64,000 bases of DNA, from positions 87,172,001 to 87,236,000 of the forward strand of contig OZ024744.1 in assembly GCA_964016885.1 (NCBI GenBank). The letters run 5' to 3'. The notes beneath the pieces are model-generated. The model was not told where the DNA came from. It did not search any database and saw only the letters and a program-made list of their open reading frames with translations. Shown here piece by piece: positions 42,418-58,462 of the stretch (position 1 is the first letter of the stretch; every line of letters begins with the position of its first letter). The translations under genes were made by a program, and so were the position numbers. Source of the stretch: Eledone cirrhosa (lineage: Eukaryota).

Positions 42418-42680
42418 CTCGACAGTTAAGTTTCAACGCGTTCAGACGTTGCTATCGAAACGGCCGGAACTCAGCCGTCGGGGCCTAACTAAGCCGGATG
42501 TCTGGAACAGGTAAAAGGGTAAAAGTGTATATATACATATATATGGATATATAGAGAGAAAGAGAGACGTCGGCGGTGCTGAGACCGGGACAACGAACCA
42601 CGGGCGTACTCAATGCTTGGGGAGATGCAGATTGGGTATAGGGATATGTAAAATTCTGACCGCGGGGCAAAGTCGTATCA

Positions 42681-42750
<70 letters not shown>

Positions 42751-42754
<4 letters not shown>

Positions 42755-42930
42755 AAGGAAATGTGGTAATGAACCAGGTGGACCATAACGCACCAAAGTA
42801 CTCAATACTTAGGGTAGTAGAGTGGGTAATAGGAACGGGTAGGACCCCGACGGCTGAGCTCAAGCCATTTCGACGGCTAATTCTGTCCAGAATTAGACGT
42901 CGAAACGGCTTGAGCTCCTACTCGTTCCTA
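42751..42930. mobile_element. HHR family A fold-back element
   Basis: Axis aattctgtccagaatt. Confidence 0.82.
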
Positions 42931-42986
42931 TATATATATATATCTATATCTATATATATCTATATATATCTATATATATCTATATA

Positions 42987-43089
<103 letters not shown>

Positions 43090-43154
43090 TGTCATGGCTA
43101 TAAAATTGAGGTTTGTTTTCATAATTGCAAACGAATCGAATGTTATTATTAATA

Positions 43155-43280
43155 TTTACGATCTGAGTTCAAATCCCGCCGAGGTTGACTTTGCCTTTCA
43201 TCCTTACGGGGTCGATAAAATAAAGTACCAGTAGTGCACTGAGTAATTGCTGGCCTTGTGCCTAAAGTAGAAACAATTAT
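43155..43280 (+). mobile_element. SINE family A (5'-truncated)
   Basis: B box through tail. Confidence 0.85.
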
Positions 43281-43342
43281 TAATATTATTAATAATTATT
43301 AATAATTGTTAATATTATTAATAATTATTAATATTATTATTA

Positions 43343-43426
<84 letters not shown>

Positions 43427-43476
43427 AATATATATTTATATATGTATATATAAATATATCTATATGTATATAAATG

Positions 43477-43529
<53 letters not shown>

Positions 43530-43579
43530 AATATATATTTATATATGTATATATAAATATATCTATATGTATATAAATG

Positions 43580-43626
<47 letters not shown>

Positions 43627-43925
43627 ACAGAAGGAAACCACACTCACATAAAGTACTCAATACATTAGTAAAAAAGTGTCTACATGTTTATATACATGTG
43701 TGCCCATGTGTATGCTTCTGTGTGCGTATGTGTAATATTTCCCTTTGATATGTAAAACATAGTAAATAATCATTCATGTAACACACATACGCTCACACAC
43801 AGACGCTCACACACGCACACACAGACGCTCACACACTCACACAAACGTACTTATTTTTTATTCTTGATTTATTATCTCATATCGACCCCCCAATATTATT
43901 TTGTTTGAAGTCTGCTAGCTCAATG

Positions 43926-43973
<48 letters not shown>

Positions 43974-43993
43974 ACTATCTATCTATCTATCTA

Positions 43994-44090
<97 letters not shown>

Positions 44091-44188
44091 AGTGTGGGGG
44101 TAGGAAAGGATGAGCTGCAGAATTTGAATGTATGTATACGTGCACATACGTTAAATAGATACAGTCTCATATATATACATGCGAGCGT

Positions 44189-44280
<92 letters not shown>

Positions 44281-44420
44281 TTACACCCACCCACCCACAC
44301 CCACACACACACATATACTCAAACACAGACACTAGTGATACGAGGTTTATATTCAGTGCAAGCGGCTTGTGTTCATATTTTTCTCGTCTCTAATTTTAGT
44401 AATCGCAACTATTATTTAAA

Positions 44421-44610
44421 GCGGTGGATTGGCAGTATCGGTAGAGGTTCGGACGCCATGCTTTGACGCATAGAGTTACGGCCCTTGCCATTCTGAGTTC
44501 AAATCCCGCCGAGGTTAACTTTGCCTTTCATCCTTACGGGGTCGATAAAATAAAGTACCAGTAATGTACTGGGTAATTTTCTGGCCTTGTGCCAATAGTA
44601 GAAACAATTA
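44421..44610 (+). mobile_element. SINE family A, near-consensus copy
   Basis: Full-length match. Confidence 0.92.
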
Positions 44611-44699
44611 TTTAAAGTGATAGACTACTAACATGGGTGTTGTCTCTCAGTTTGTATTGACCACATTTTTAACTATATATATATATATATATGAGTGTG

Positions 44700-44787
<88 letters not shown>

Positions 44788-44844
44788 AGTAATAAAAAGA
44801 AAAAAAAAATGTTTCTACCTAATAATCGTCTTTATCTCCCTGTT

Positions 44845-44880
<36 letters not shown>

Positions 44881-44882
<2 letters not shown>

Positions 44883-45068
44883 CGAAGGAAATGTGGTAAG
44901 GAACCAGGTGGACCATAACGCACCAAAGTACTCAATACTTGAGGTAGTAGAGTGGGTAATAGGAACCAGTAAGACCCCGACAGCTGAGCTCAAGCCGTTT
45001 CGACGGCTAATTCTAATTAGCCGTCGAAACGGCTTGAGCTCAGCTGTCGGGGTCTTACTGGTTCCTAT
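44881..45068. mobile_element. HHR family A fold-back element
   Basis: Perfect ~54-bp arms around ggctaatt-ct-aattagcc. Confidence 0.85.
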
Positions 45069-45094
45069 ATATATATATATATATATGTAGATGA

Positions 45095-45143
45095 GATTCT
45101 ACAGGACTAGAACTGTTTCATTCTTTAGAAATCATCAGGAATC
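45095..45143 (-). ncRNA. Type I hammerhead ribozyme, family B
   Basis: Exact reverse complement of 45562-45610. Confidence 0.82.
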
Positions 45144-45212
45144 AGAGAATATATATAGATACACATAAATAATAAAAAGAAAAAAAAATGTGTATATATA
45201 TATATATATATA

Positions 45213-45358
<146 letters not shown>

Positions 45359-45360
45359 AC

Positions 45361-45464
<104 letters not shown>

Positions 45465-45487
45465 ATATATACACACACACACACGCG

Positions 45488-45519
<32 letters not shown>

Positions 45520-45561
45520 GTTAAAAATGTGGTCAATTCAAACTGAGAGACGACAAACAGA

Positions 45562-45610
45562 GATTCCTGATGATTTCTAAAGAATGAAACAGTTCTAGTC
45601 CTGTAGAATC
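45562..45610 (+). ncRNA. Type I hammerhead ribozyme, family B
   Basis: GATTC CTGATGA tTTCT aa AGAAt GAAA CAG ttctagtc CTG TA GAATC; cleavage after GUA at 45605. Confidence 0.85.
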
Positions 45611-45924
45611 CCATCTATATTAAAACTTATATACTCTGCTATTTATTGGTTACCTCTGATTCAACCCGGAATAACTTACCTATATATATATATATATATC
45701 TGAAAAACAGGGAGAAAAAGACGATTATTAGGAAGAAAAATATTATTTTTTTCCTTTTTATTTTCTTCTCTCTTTTTTCCGGGTATATATACATATATAT
45801 AAGCAAAAGGGATATTCAATTGATATCCAATTATATTACACTACACGGCCTGGAAAAATTTATTTCCCTGAGCTATTTAATTCTAAGATACTATTTTGAG
45901 TTTCTAACTCAATAAATACCTTTG

Positions 45925-45999
<75 letters not shown>

Positions 46000-46002
<3 letters not shown>

Positions 46003-46188
46003 CACTCAGTTCTCCTTTGGGAGCCCCTACATGGACACACTAGAAGAGGAAGACCAAGGTTAACATATGTTGATGCCCCAAGGACAGACACTGGTCTGTT
46101 GGAGATGCAGGATATGGCAGCGATAATGAGGGACAGAGACCGCTGGAGAGAACTCGTCCGTGGATCTCGGGAATTTTACCCGCCTTAG
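46000..46188 (+). mobile_element. Second short copy of the RTEX-like LINE 3' end
   Basis: Near-identical to 26780-26968; in (TA)n. Confidence 0.9.
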
Positions 46189-46196
46189 ATATATAT

Positions 46197-46268
<72 letters not shown>

Positions 46269-46502
46269 TTGTATATATATATAAATAAATATATATTTAT
46301 ATATGTATATATAAATATATCAATATCTATATATATATATTATATATATTAAAACAACAGATTAAAGTTTAAGCAAAGAATCGCTGCTTTCACCCTTAAC
46401 GGGATCTTCTGAAACTATTTATCTTTATCGAGCCCTCTTTGGATTTTAGTCTTCAAATTTATTATTATTACTATATATATTTATATATATATATATAATA
46501 TA

Positions 46503-46912
46503 GTGGCTGCCAACTCGTTTTCGAGTACGGCCACTACTTTATATCCATGTAGGAGAACTCCTACCGATGCGCTGAACAAGTGTGACTTTTTAGTCCAGCC
46601 AGCGACTTGAAAACTCTGGTACAAACACTACACTTGTGACAAATATTGACACATAGTGCTGGGCCCATGGTACCATGTGATGACAAGTGCAGAGAGATCT
46701 CCAGATATAAAGCAATGCCTGTGCCGTGAAGCTTTTATAGTGAGCAAAGGCACTGCACAAAGCCAGTCCCACTCTCTTAACCAAGATGATATTTACCAAA
46801 AAGAAGAACAAGTCAACATCATTGGATACCATCAGGGTTGCAGGTGTTATGTCAGAGTTTTCCTTCTCCTAGAATTCTGCCTTGACAAAGGCTAAGGGGT
46901 CATCTCTCCCGG
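46503..46912 (-). mobile_element. Young ~410-bp RTE-derived element
   Basis: Reverse complement near-identical to 22006-22416; (CATA)n adjacent. Confidence 0.85.
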
Positions 46913-46945
46913 ATACATACATACATACATACATACATACATACA

Positions 46946-47020
<75 letters not shown>

Positions 47021-48201
47021 AGGGGGTGTAACTTGGAGTTACTGCAGGTTCGCCCGATTCAATATATATATATATCTTTACGGTAGAGGGTAGGGGCCCG
47101 ACGGCTGAGATCTTGCCGTTTCGACAGCACATTCCAGACTGGAATTTTCTGTCAAAGCCCCAACAGCTCTATTATAGTTACACTTTACTATACCAGGTAT
47201 CGAGTACTCTGCTGAAAAATTGGCTTGCTATTTAAAAATTGGTAAAATCCTGATATATTTCTCTCTAAATATATAATATATACATACACATGTGTTTATG
47301 TATATACTATCTTGTATGAAATATATGACAAACTGGCGTTTACCTTCCTATGTACAGCTTGTCCCTCGAGGGCATTCAGTTTTTGCTTCGTTCCTCAGCC
47401 TTATACATTGCTCTTTGCCTACATATTGCATTATTGAGACTAAACTTTGTTGTAAATACCAGGTACTCGTTCTCACTCTTCTTAGCGGTAACCAGCAAAT
47501 CTCAAGGAACTTACACAGTGTTATCTCACTGGTAATCTTTAAAAAAACACACACACACACACATATATATTTATTAAAAATGACAACAGAAGGGTGGTTG
47601 GAAGCTTTATAATTTTAATTCTGCGAAAAAATTATTCATATTTCAAGAATCAAGTTTCATCATTCGAATATAATGCAAGACCCAGACGATTTCATCAGGT
47701 GTTAATTGAAGAGTTAGTTATATAAAAGAACAGTATTTGAGCGAACACACACAGAGAATAGGAAATAGAAAATAGAAGATTGAATTTGACTCGAGAATGG
47801 CAAACCGATTCCGTGATATTTTAACGGCAGGTCATCATATATATATATACATATATATAGTGAGTATTGGTGTGTAATGGTTAGTTGCATGTGGTTCATC
47901 TGTTTTAGCATTCATTGGTAATATGTGGCCCCGACTGTGGAGGCGGCATTCTACTTTTGCTCCTTCACCATCTTTGGTATCTGTAACATGCAGAGTATTA
48001 ACACTAAGAAAGATTGGGAATATAGTATCAATTAATACATTTTATCAACCCGAGACATGAGTTTCGCAATTCGTCAGCTCAATTTCGAATGAGTAGCGAT
48101 AGGGCCGACTCAGGAATCGATAACATCAAAAGACTTGTAGATTTTCTCTCTTACCCCCACCCCTCTCTCTCTCTCTCTCTCTCACTCTTTGTATATATAT
48201 A

Positions 48202-48378
48202 TAGGAAAAGATTCAGGGCCTCGACGGCCGAGCTCGGAACTTGTTCGGATCTAGCTGTCGAAACGGCGAGAGCTCAGCTGTCGGGGTCCTGAATATTTTC
48301 ATATTACCCACTCTACTACCCCAAGTATCGATGACTCTGGTGGGTTATGGTCCACCTGGTATTTTACCACACCCACAC
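48202..48378. mobile_element. HHR family A relative, opposite orientation
   Basis: GAAAcggcgagagctcagctgTCgggg...attacccactctactaccccaagtatcga. Confidence 0.72.
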
Positions 48379-48394
48379 CCTATCTGATATATAT

Positions 48395-48528
<134 letters not shown>

Positions 48529-48587
48529 TCTTTAAAGCGAAGAAATACCGATGATGGTTGGAAGATCACTGATGAAGGACCACTTTA

Positions 48588-48676
<89 letters not shown>

Positions 48677-48880
48677 CTGTTTCTCGTGTTGTAGAACAAG
48701 TTGGGTAAGAATAGGGATAGAGAAGGTCGAAGGATGTTAAAATCTTTGTAAACATTCGATTTCATATCATTGATTTTTTTAAAACAAATACAATAACGAT
48801 ATATTCGAATGATGAGAAGCGAGTTTTCTGCATCTCGTCCGTATTTTGGCCACATTATTTTTATTATTTTTATAAGGACG

Positions 48881-49045
48881 ATGGATTGGCAGTATCGACG
48901 TTGCAGTATAGAGTTACGCCCCTTTACTATCTAAGTTCAAATCCCGCTGTGGTAAACTTTGCCTTTCATCCTTACGGTGTCGATATAATGCGATATAATG
49001 TACTAGGATAATTTGTTAGCCTTGTGCCAAAAGTAGAAACAATTA
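48881..49045 (+). mobile_element. SINE family A (degraded)
   Basis: Family match with deletions. Confidence 0.8.
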
Positions 49046-49192
49046 TTTTTATTATTTTTACAAATTGGTATACAGACACATATGTATATATATAGTTATA
49101 TATATACATATATATATACATATGTATACAGATGTATATATACAGTTTTTGGCTTGTATTGGCCGATAGTGCTTCTTATAGCTTTACTTGCC

Positions 49193-49222
49193 CTGATGAG
49201 TCCTTAATAGGACGAAATATTG
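49193..49222 (+). ncRNA. Hammerhead core, stem I not supported
   Basis: CTGATGA GTCC ttaata GGAC GAAA tatt. Confidence 0.45.
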
Positions 49223-49716
49223 TTGGTTAATAAAGACTTTTGATGTATTGAAGGCTTCTTTGGTTTATTTTCATAAATATATATATACATATGCAGCGAG
49301 TCCCAAAAATATGTATATACTCCTTTAGTACAGACTGTTGAAGTCTCTATGTTTGTGAGGTGTGTACATATATATGAATGTACCTAAATCAAATCGGTTA
49401 CTTGGATAACTGTCAAATATGTATGTATTTATGCATGAATATGTATGTATGTATGTATATATTATAGATGAATAGATATATTGATACATATATATAGAGA
49501 ATTCTATGTGTAATTGTAGCTTAAAGGTTATAAATTAATGATTTGTCTCGTCTCTTACCCCACTGGACAGAGTTTCGGTTATATTACACCACACGCAGTG
49601 GCCCAGCCAGGGTGAATATCAGTACCGTTTGTAGGGTTCGAAACTGGCATTTTCCATCTCAACGGCAGATGATCCTGCAGTTCTGTCTCCACCTTTCGTT
49701 TTAAGGTTTCTCCATA

Positions 49717-49770
<54 letters not shown>

Positions 49771-49772
<2 letters not shown>

Positions 49773-49901
49773 CGAAGGAAATGTGGTAAGGAACCAGGTG
49801 GACCATAACGCACCAAAGTACTCAATACTTAGGGTAGTAGAGTGGGTAATAGGAACCAGTAAGACCCCGACGGCTGAGCTCAAGCCGTTTCGACGGCTAA
49901 T

Positions 49902-49904
<3 letters not shown>
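49771..49904 (-). mobile_element. HHR family A copy truncated at stem II
   Basis: Ends at cgacggctaattct, the same site as the fold-back axis in other copies. Confidence 0.82.
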
Positions 49905-49961
<57 letters not shown>

Positions 49962-50101
49962 GGTGTGGGATGCTTAAAGCGTCCGTATGTGGTAGGCCGT
50001 TTAAGCACTCGATCGTGCCTCGAGCTGGTCGCCAGAGAAACGAGTGTAATATGTCTAATAAATTTTATTCGTCGCACCACTGGTTCTCGGTTTCTTATGT
50101 G

Positions 50102-50196
<95 letters not shown>

Positions 50197-50634
50197 TTTA
50201 TATATATATACATATATTTATTAGAAAGTGAGGGTTTTTTTTACAAATTGAAAAATAACCGAGGTGTCCTACACGAGTGAAACTATAAAGAAAAAGAGAT
50301 GAAATCGAAAATGCAACTGGAGTCTTATTTTTTTTTTAAATATATATTTATTTGGTTCCTTTACCGGTTTCGAAGTTCTTCTGCTTTTCAAAAGTAGAGT
50401 TGAGATGGAGGGTCTGTGGTTTTTCTCACATCTGGTTAGTCTCTGAATGTTACTTGTTTTATATGGAAAAAGTGTCTCGAAATGCCAGGTTTTTCGAGAA
50501 TATATTTATTTATATATAAAAATATATATTTATTACACTTATATATTTGATATATATTTACCGATATCGAGCCTTCTTTGGATTTTAGTCTTCACATTTA
50601 TTATTATTTCTAGTACACACATACACACACACAC

Positions 50635-50671
50635 GTTATGGTCCATCTGGTACCTTACCACAACTCCTCCG

Positions 50672-50729
<58 letters not shown>

Positions 50730-50873
50730 CGAAGGAAATGGGGTAAGGAACCATATGGACCATAACGCACCAAAGTACTCAATACTTAGGGTAGTAGAGT
50801 GAGTAATAGAAACAAGTAAGAATTAGCCGTCGAAACGGCTTGAGCTCAGCCGTCGGGGTCTTACTTGTTCCTA
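50635..50873. mobile_element. HHR family A: inverted tail, (TA)n, then internally deleted fold-back copy
   Basis: Family sequence on both strands. Confidence 0.75.
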
Positions 50874-51227
50874 TATATATATATATATAAACGTATGCAT
50901 ATGCTTCTTGGCACTCACACTAAATTTATGGTCTCGCAGTCACACGTAAGCGTGTAGCAGATGACAGGAGAAGCAAAAAATACACTTGGAGTTTCAATGA
51001 TGAAATTTTCTTATCAATGTACTTTTCAATATGTATTTTTTTCTGATCAATGTAGCTTGTACCGACAGGAAAGTAGAGGGTGTATTTATACATACAAACA
51101 CATATTCATGGAAGCACACACACACACACATACACACACACACACACAGGCACACATACGCATAAGCATGCATGCTCCCGTGCGCACACGCATACACATA
51201 CATACATATAGACGCACACAAATTAAC

Positions 51228-51364
<137 letters not shown>

Positions 51365-51475
51365 TGTGTGTTTGTGTGTGTGAGTGTGTGTGTTTGTGTG
51401 TGTTTGTGTGTGTACGCCTGAGTGTTTTTGAGTCTTACGTGCTTCTACGCACTATTTTCATACAGATACAGTCTT

Positions 51476-51544
<69 letters not shown>

Positions 51545-51573
51545 GTACATATTTATATGTATATATATATGTT

Positions 51574-51745
<172 letters not shown>

Positions 51746-51856
51746 TATATATATATATATAAGGTGTATATATATACATCATATACATATGTAAATATAT
51801 ATTCATATATCCATGTATATAAGAACAATTGTTCCGTGCATGAACAAAAATATAAC

Positions 51857-52160
51857 TGTTTCTACTTTTGGCACAAGGCCTGCAATTACTCCAGTACATT
51901 ACTGGTACTTTATTTTATCGACCCCGTAAAAATGAAAGGCAAAGTTAACCGCTGCGGGATTTGAACTCAGACCGTAAAGGACCGTAACTCTATGCTGTAA
52001 AGCAGGTCGTCCGAACCTCTACTGATACTGCCAATCCACCGCCATATGAACATAAATATAATTGTTTCTACCTTTGGCACAAGGCCAGCAATTATCCCAG
52101 TATACATTACTGGTACTTTATTTCATCGACCCCGTGAGGATGAAAGGTAAAGTTGACCGC
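51857..52160 (-). mobile_element. Two tandem SINE family A copies
   Basis: 51857-52044 full length, 52060-52160 truncated. Confidence 0.85.
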
Positions 52161-52284
52161 ATATATATATAATAATAAATGACATTATGTATATATTTTA
52201 TACATGCACACACATACACATATATGTGTATATGTATATATGTAAATGTATATACATATATATGTATATACATATATACATATA

Positions 52285-52629
<345 letters not shown>

Positions 52630-52952
52630 ATATATATATAGATAAAGATAATAGATTAAAATATAATATATATATATATATATAAATATAAATATCTATG
52701 TGTATATAAATATATATATAAATATATACATATATGTATATACGTATATACAGACATATATTACATGGGTCTACTACTAAATCATACTTAGGCGTATTTG
52801 GTTGAGGAGCGAACTCCCTACCACACAACGAAGTGTAATAATAAATGTGAAGACTAAAATATTTATATATATATGTGTGTGTATGTGTATGCGTGTGTGT
52901 GTGTGTGCGTGTGCGTTTATATGTGTGTGTATATATATATGTATATAGGTGT

Positions 52953-53093
<141 letters not shown>

Positions 53094-53132
53094 GATAGAT
53101 AGATAGATAGATATATATATATATATATATAC

Positions 53133-53198
<66 letters not shown>

Positions 53199-54024
53199 CG
53201 ATAGAGAGAGAGAGAGTGAGTGAGATAGAGAGATAGTGAGTTACATACATACATATATATACTTAGTCAAATAGTTAGTTTTGTATTAGCTTTTATCACA
53301 GCAATTTGTACATACAACACACGTCATTTGGTAATAAGTGTTTACTCGCTGTATGCGATTGTGCGTTCGTTTGCATGTATGGGTGCGTATGCGGGTGTGT
53401 TTGTGCATCTGTCTGTATATGATTTTTTGCACGGTCGGGTGTATCTGTTTTTGTCTGAATGAGTGAGTGTGTGATTGAATTGTTGTACTAGTGTGTATGT
53501 GCATGCATATATTTAATGTTGTTGAAATACATTAATTTGATATTTAGGTTATTCCATGTGAAATTTAATCCAGCCAGCGTTTGATGTACGCACTTATCAA
53601 TGCCCAGATCAACACCATATTTTGTCTTTTTTTTTATGTTTCTGTCTTTCTTCAATTTTTGTAAACTATGTCTTTCTTATGCCTTTCTTTCCACTACATT
53701 AATCTGTGATTTGAGGAGAATCTAGTGAATATTTCTAGCATGCTATTTGTAAGTAACCGTAGAGGTGTATTTATATGTGTTTATACGTATATATTATTTA
53801 TATTATCATATAATAATAGTATATTAAAAATTGCTGAAAAGACTCAATGGTACTTTAATTTCATCTATGTTAATATTTAATTATATTTGAAATTACTCAT
53901 TAACAGGACATCAACTTTATATCACCCCTTAACACCGTTCATCGAATACCTGTCTGATTCAAATTTTAACATTTTACATTTATTCTGTATGTTTGTCTGT
54001 ATATATATTCTGTCATTACTACAA

Positions 54025-54378
<354 letters not shown>

Positions 54379-54393
54379 CACACACACACACAT

Positions 54394-54453
<60 letters not shown>

Positions 54454-54779
54454 TAATTTTAGGTTTAATCAATACATATAACATATATATCGATAATGTT
54501 TCTCATTACAAACTCGGTAAACTTCTATTTAGAGCATCTATACTATATATAAATGATATATATGGATATACCTGGATATATCGATTGAGAAACAAACTAG
54601 TATTTTGTACATATATACAGAGCAAATGATATGTTGATTTAAATACAAATTTAAATACATACTCTTATCTGTTCAGGTTGTGTTGTACTTACATAGACAG
54701 ATCTGTTTCTGAGAAGCTGAAAATGGAATGAAAATGGAATGAATAAAAAAATATATTGATTTTATATTGATATTTATTT

Positions 54780-55022
54780 TATGGTAAAATATTGAAGTGT
54801 TGATAAATTTGTGTATTTAGGTTAGACATTTAACACAGTTAACGTGAGAAACATGCTTAATGGTGAAATCTATTTACGAATAAAGAAAGCAAATGATTCC
54901 TTTGATAATTTAGATGGGCAACTCTGGTATCCATATGTAATGTCCACTGATGCAAAGGTAAAGGTGAACTGAATATGTATATTGTGTCCACTGCTGTAGG
55001 CATGTGGAACTTAGGTCACACC
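54780..55022 (+). mobile_element. Degraded RTE-BovB RT fragment
   Basis: Translates to VDKFVYLG...EIYLRIKKANDSFDNL..LW...AKVKV...PLL*ACGT*, matching the BovB RT thumb. Confidence 0.65.
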
Positions 55023-55049
55023 CAGAAATACAAAAAAAAAAAAAAAAAA

Positions 55050-55850
55050 TGCTTGAGCAGACTCATCAACAGTAACTTCGCTGAATCCAATGGCAATTAC
55101 ATGCGCCAGCTCGACCGGCAGCAAGTCGAATATTTTCGCGTGGATTCACAACCCCACAGCAATGCCTGGCTCCATGCCTTACCTTCCTTCTCTACTGGAC
55201 CGCAGCTGGACAACGATAGCCTACGCATCGGGGTTTCCCTGAGGTTCGGCCTCCGAATCTGCGAGCCACACAAATGTCGCTGCGGATCCACCGTAGGCTC
55301 TTTCGGCCTCTATCCGCTTCCCTGTCGCTATAGTGCCGGCCACCTCCCACGCCATGTTGCTCTCAACAAGGTCATAAAACATGGTTTGGATGCTGCAGGC
55401 TTCCCCTCCCAGCTACAGCCGGTAGGGCTGGACCGAGGGGATGGCAAAAGGCCAGATGGCATGACTATCTTCCCGTTCCACGGTGGGAAACGCCTCGTCT
55501 GAGATGCCACATGCAGCAACACATTTTTCAGCAGCAACCTGATGCAGTCTACGACTAACCCAAGCTCTGCTGCACTTCGGGCTGAGGAGGGTAAACTCCC
55601 CAAATATCGGTGGCTCTCCGACAGTTTTTCAATCGAGTCCCTAGCAGTGGAGACTTCTGGTGTCCTTGGCCCTAGGGCCACCTCCCTGTTCACCACCATA
55701 TGCGCCGAGCTGGCTTCCTGCAGGTGTGAGCCTCGCGAAATGAAATACCTCTTCCAGCGCATCTCTCTTACCATCCTCCGGGTAAACGCCTTCTCTATTC
55801 TGTCTGCCGAGGCCGTGGGGCGGTCAGCACGTGGGACCCCATTTGCTAAT
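55050..55850 (+). mobile_element. CRE-clade RLE non-LTR retrotransposon 3' fragment
   Basis: NAWLHALP, CRCG, RHVALN, DGKRPDG, RLV*DATC, LAVETSG, LFQRISL. Confidence 0.85.
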
Positions 55851-56510
55851 AATAGTGAGAGATTAGTAGGGTGAGAGCGATGGGGGCGATGGCAGTGGGT
55901 GTTCGGCTCCTTTGTGTTTGGACCTGGTGTACGGGAGAGATAGGGAGGGCGAGATACGTGGAGGCGATGACAGTGGGAGTTCGGCCTTCTCTGTGTTCGG
56001 ACCTTTTGTACGTGTATGTGTATGTTTACATATATTCTTATGTGTGAAATATTGTTCAACAACGACACCATACTTCTTTAATACCACCATACTTCTTTAA
56101 TACAATTCCTGATAGACCAACAAATGCCACCATCACCATCATCTCCAGTACGATCATAACGAAAATGACCAATACCACCAGAATTATCGCTTTTGAGTGA
56201 TGTTGCAGTACTGGAACGAAGTCATTTTTAAAGTATTGAATTTCTCATAATTCAATATAGATTGCACTGGAGCGACCATGTTGTAAAAATGAGTATTTTG
56301 TAAATAGTTTTGACTATACACGAAATAGTATTAACTATACTGTGACTAATGATTAATATGGTCTAAATAATCTTAACTATACGCTAAATAATCTTGACTA
56401 TACACAAGCTAATCTTGATAACACAAAATAATACTGACTTTTCCCTAAATAGTTTTTATATGCCATATCTAATATCCACTACATTCTAATTAGTATTAAT
56501 TATACAGTAA

Positions 56511-56706
56511 AGGCGGTGGATTGGCAGTATCGGTAGAGGGTCGGACGCCATGCTTTGACGCATAGAGTTACGTCCCTTGCCATTCTGAGTTCAAATCTGG
56601 CCGAGGTTAACTTTGCCTTTCATCCTTTCGGGGTCGATAAAATAAATTACCAGTAATACACTAGGTAATTGCTGGCCTTGTGCCTAACGTATCATAGAAA
56701 CAATTA
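56511..56706 (+). mobile_element. SINE family A
   Basis: Full-length match. Confidence 0.9.
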
Positions 56707-56737
56707 ATTATACCCTAATACTGCCTATACACTACCT

Positions 56738-56993
56738 CAGTGTTTAGCCACATGGCTAAAATGGGCCATAGCAAATTTCAGGTGGGCCACAGAAATGTTA
56801 TCATTTTTACTGGGCCACGAGGCTAATATATGGGCCACAGCTTATTGAATGGTCCATGGAACTTTTATTGACTACTAGACCTTAAATTAATTAAATTAAA
56901 TGTATTTAGATTATTGTGAAAGTGTGTGTGTCCAATAAATAGACATAGTTGTGACTTTATTGGATATGTTCTATGCAAAATGGGAAACCACTG
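56738..56993. mobile_element. hAT MITE
   Basis: Ends CAGTG/CACTG, TSD CACTACCT / CACTATCT, repeated tgggcca subterminal motifs. Confidence 0.72.
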
Positions 56994-57207
56994 CACTATC
57001 TAATATTGTCTATAAATTAACCAATCCTAACTATATCCTCACAAATACTAACTAAACCCCATCTTATCTCAACTATACTCTGTATAATTTTGACTATGCT
57101 CTAATTAATATTGTCTATGCTCTATCTAATCTTCACTATAGTGTAACTGATAATTAGTGGACCGTAACTGATATTATCTATAACGAAACTAATATTAACT
57201 ATATCGT

Positions 57208-57451
57208 GTAGGTGACACGACAAAAAGCTCCTAGTCCACACTGTAAAGTGGTTGAGTAGGTGTCACAGTAAAAAGGCTCCCAGTCCACACTGTAAATGTT
57301 GTTGGTGTTAGGAAGAGCATCCAGCTGAAGCAAACTAGCCAGAAACAGTTCTATACGAGCGAGACATGGTCATCCGACTAATCTTGCCTCAATTGGGACA
57401 AACCCATGCTAGTGTGGAAGATGGACGTTAAACGATGATAATGATGATGAA
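57208..57451 (+). mobile_element. RTE-dependent SINE (bipartite RTE 5'/3' type)
   Basis: ggtgttaggaagagcatccagctg block; 3' end cccatgctag..ggacgttaaacgatgat resembles the LINE end at 28620-28669. Confidence 0.65.
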
Positions 57452-58117
57452 GATCTCAAATAATATTGAATATATCCTATTTATCATTAAATACACCCTA
57501 ACAAATATTGACTCTATCCTGACTAATACTTATTATACTCTGACAAATCATAACTATGCATAACTAATCATAATTATATCCTAGCAAATCATATCTATAC
57601 CACAACTAATATTAACTATAACCTAACTAATACTGACTATTCCCTACCGAATATTGAATAAATGTTAACTAATCTTGAATATAATCTAAATAAGGTTTAC
57701 TATATCCTGAAAAATAATGATTATACCTTAAAATATTATCTATAATTCAACTAATATTAACTATAACCCCATACATATTTATTATAATAAAACTAATCTT
57801 AACTATAACCTAACTAAACCTGACTCTACACAAATTAATCTTCACTGTACCTTAACTAATTTAACGGTATGCTGACTAATATAAACTTTAACTTAACTAA
57901 TCGTAAATAAAACATAACTAAGATTAATTTAACACTAACTGATATTAACTATACCCTATCTAATAATAATTATATCTTAACTAACATTAACTATACCCAA
58001 ACTAATATTTAATATATACCAATTATCTTGCATCTGCCCTCACTATATTGACTCTACTCTAAATAATATTGACTGTACTCTCAAAATATTGTATATACCC
58101 AAACTAATACTAACTAC

Positions 58118-58462
58118 ACGGCCCTTTATGGTCTGAGTTCAAATCCCGCTGAGGTTAACTTTGCCATTCATCTTCACGGGGTCGATAAAATAAAGTACCA
58201 GTAATACACTGAGATAATTGCTGGCTTTGTGCCAAAAGTAGAAACTATTATATTCTATAGTCTAACTAATATTAACATCTAATATTTAGTATAACTTAAC
58301 TTATATTGACTGAACCCTGACTAATATTAACTATAACCTAATTAGTTTTTATTATACCCGTCGAGATTGACTTTGCCTTTCATCCTTACGGGGTCGATAA
58401 AATAAAGTACCAGTAATGCACTGGGTAATTGCTGGTCTTGTGCCAAAATGTAGAAACAATTA
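58118..58462 (+). mobile_element. Two truncated SINE family A copies (58118-58250, 58362-58462)
   Basis: Family match. Confidence 0.82.
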
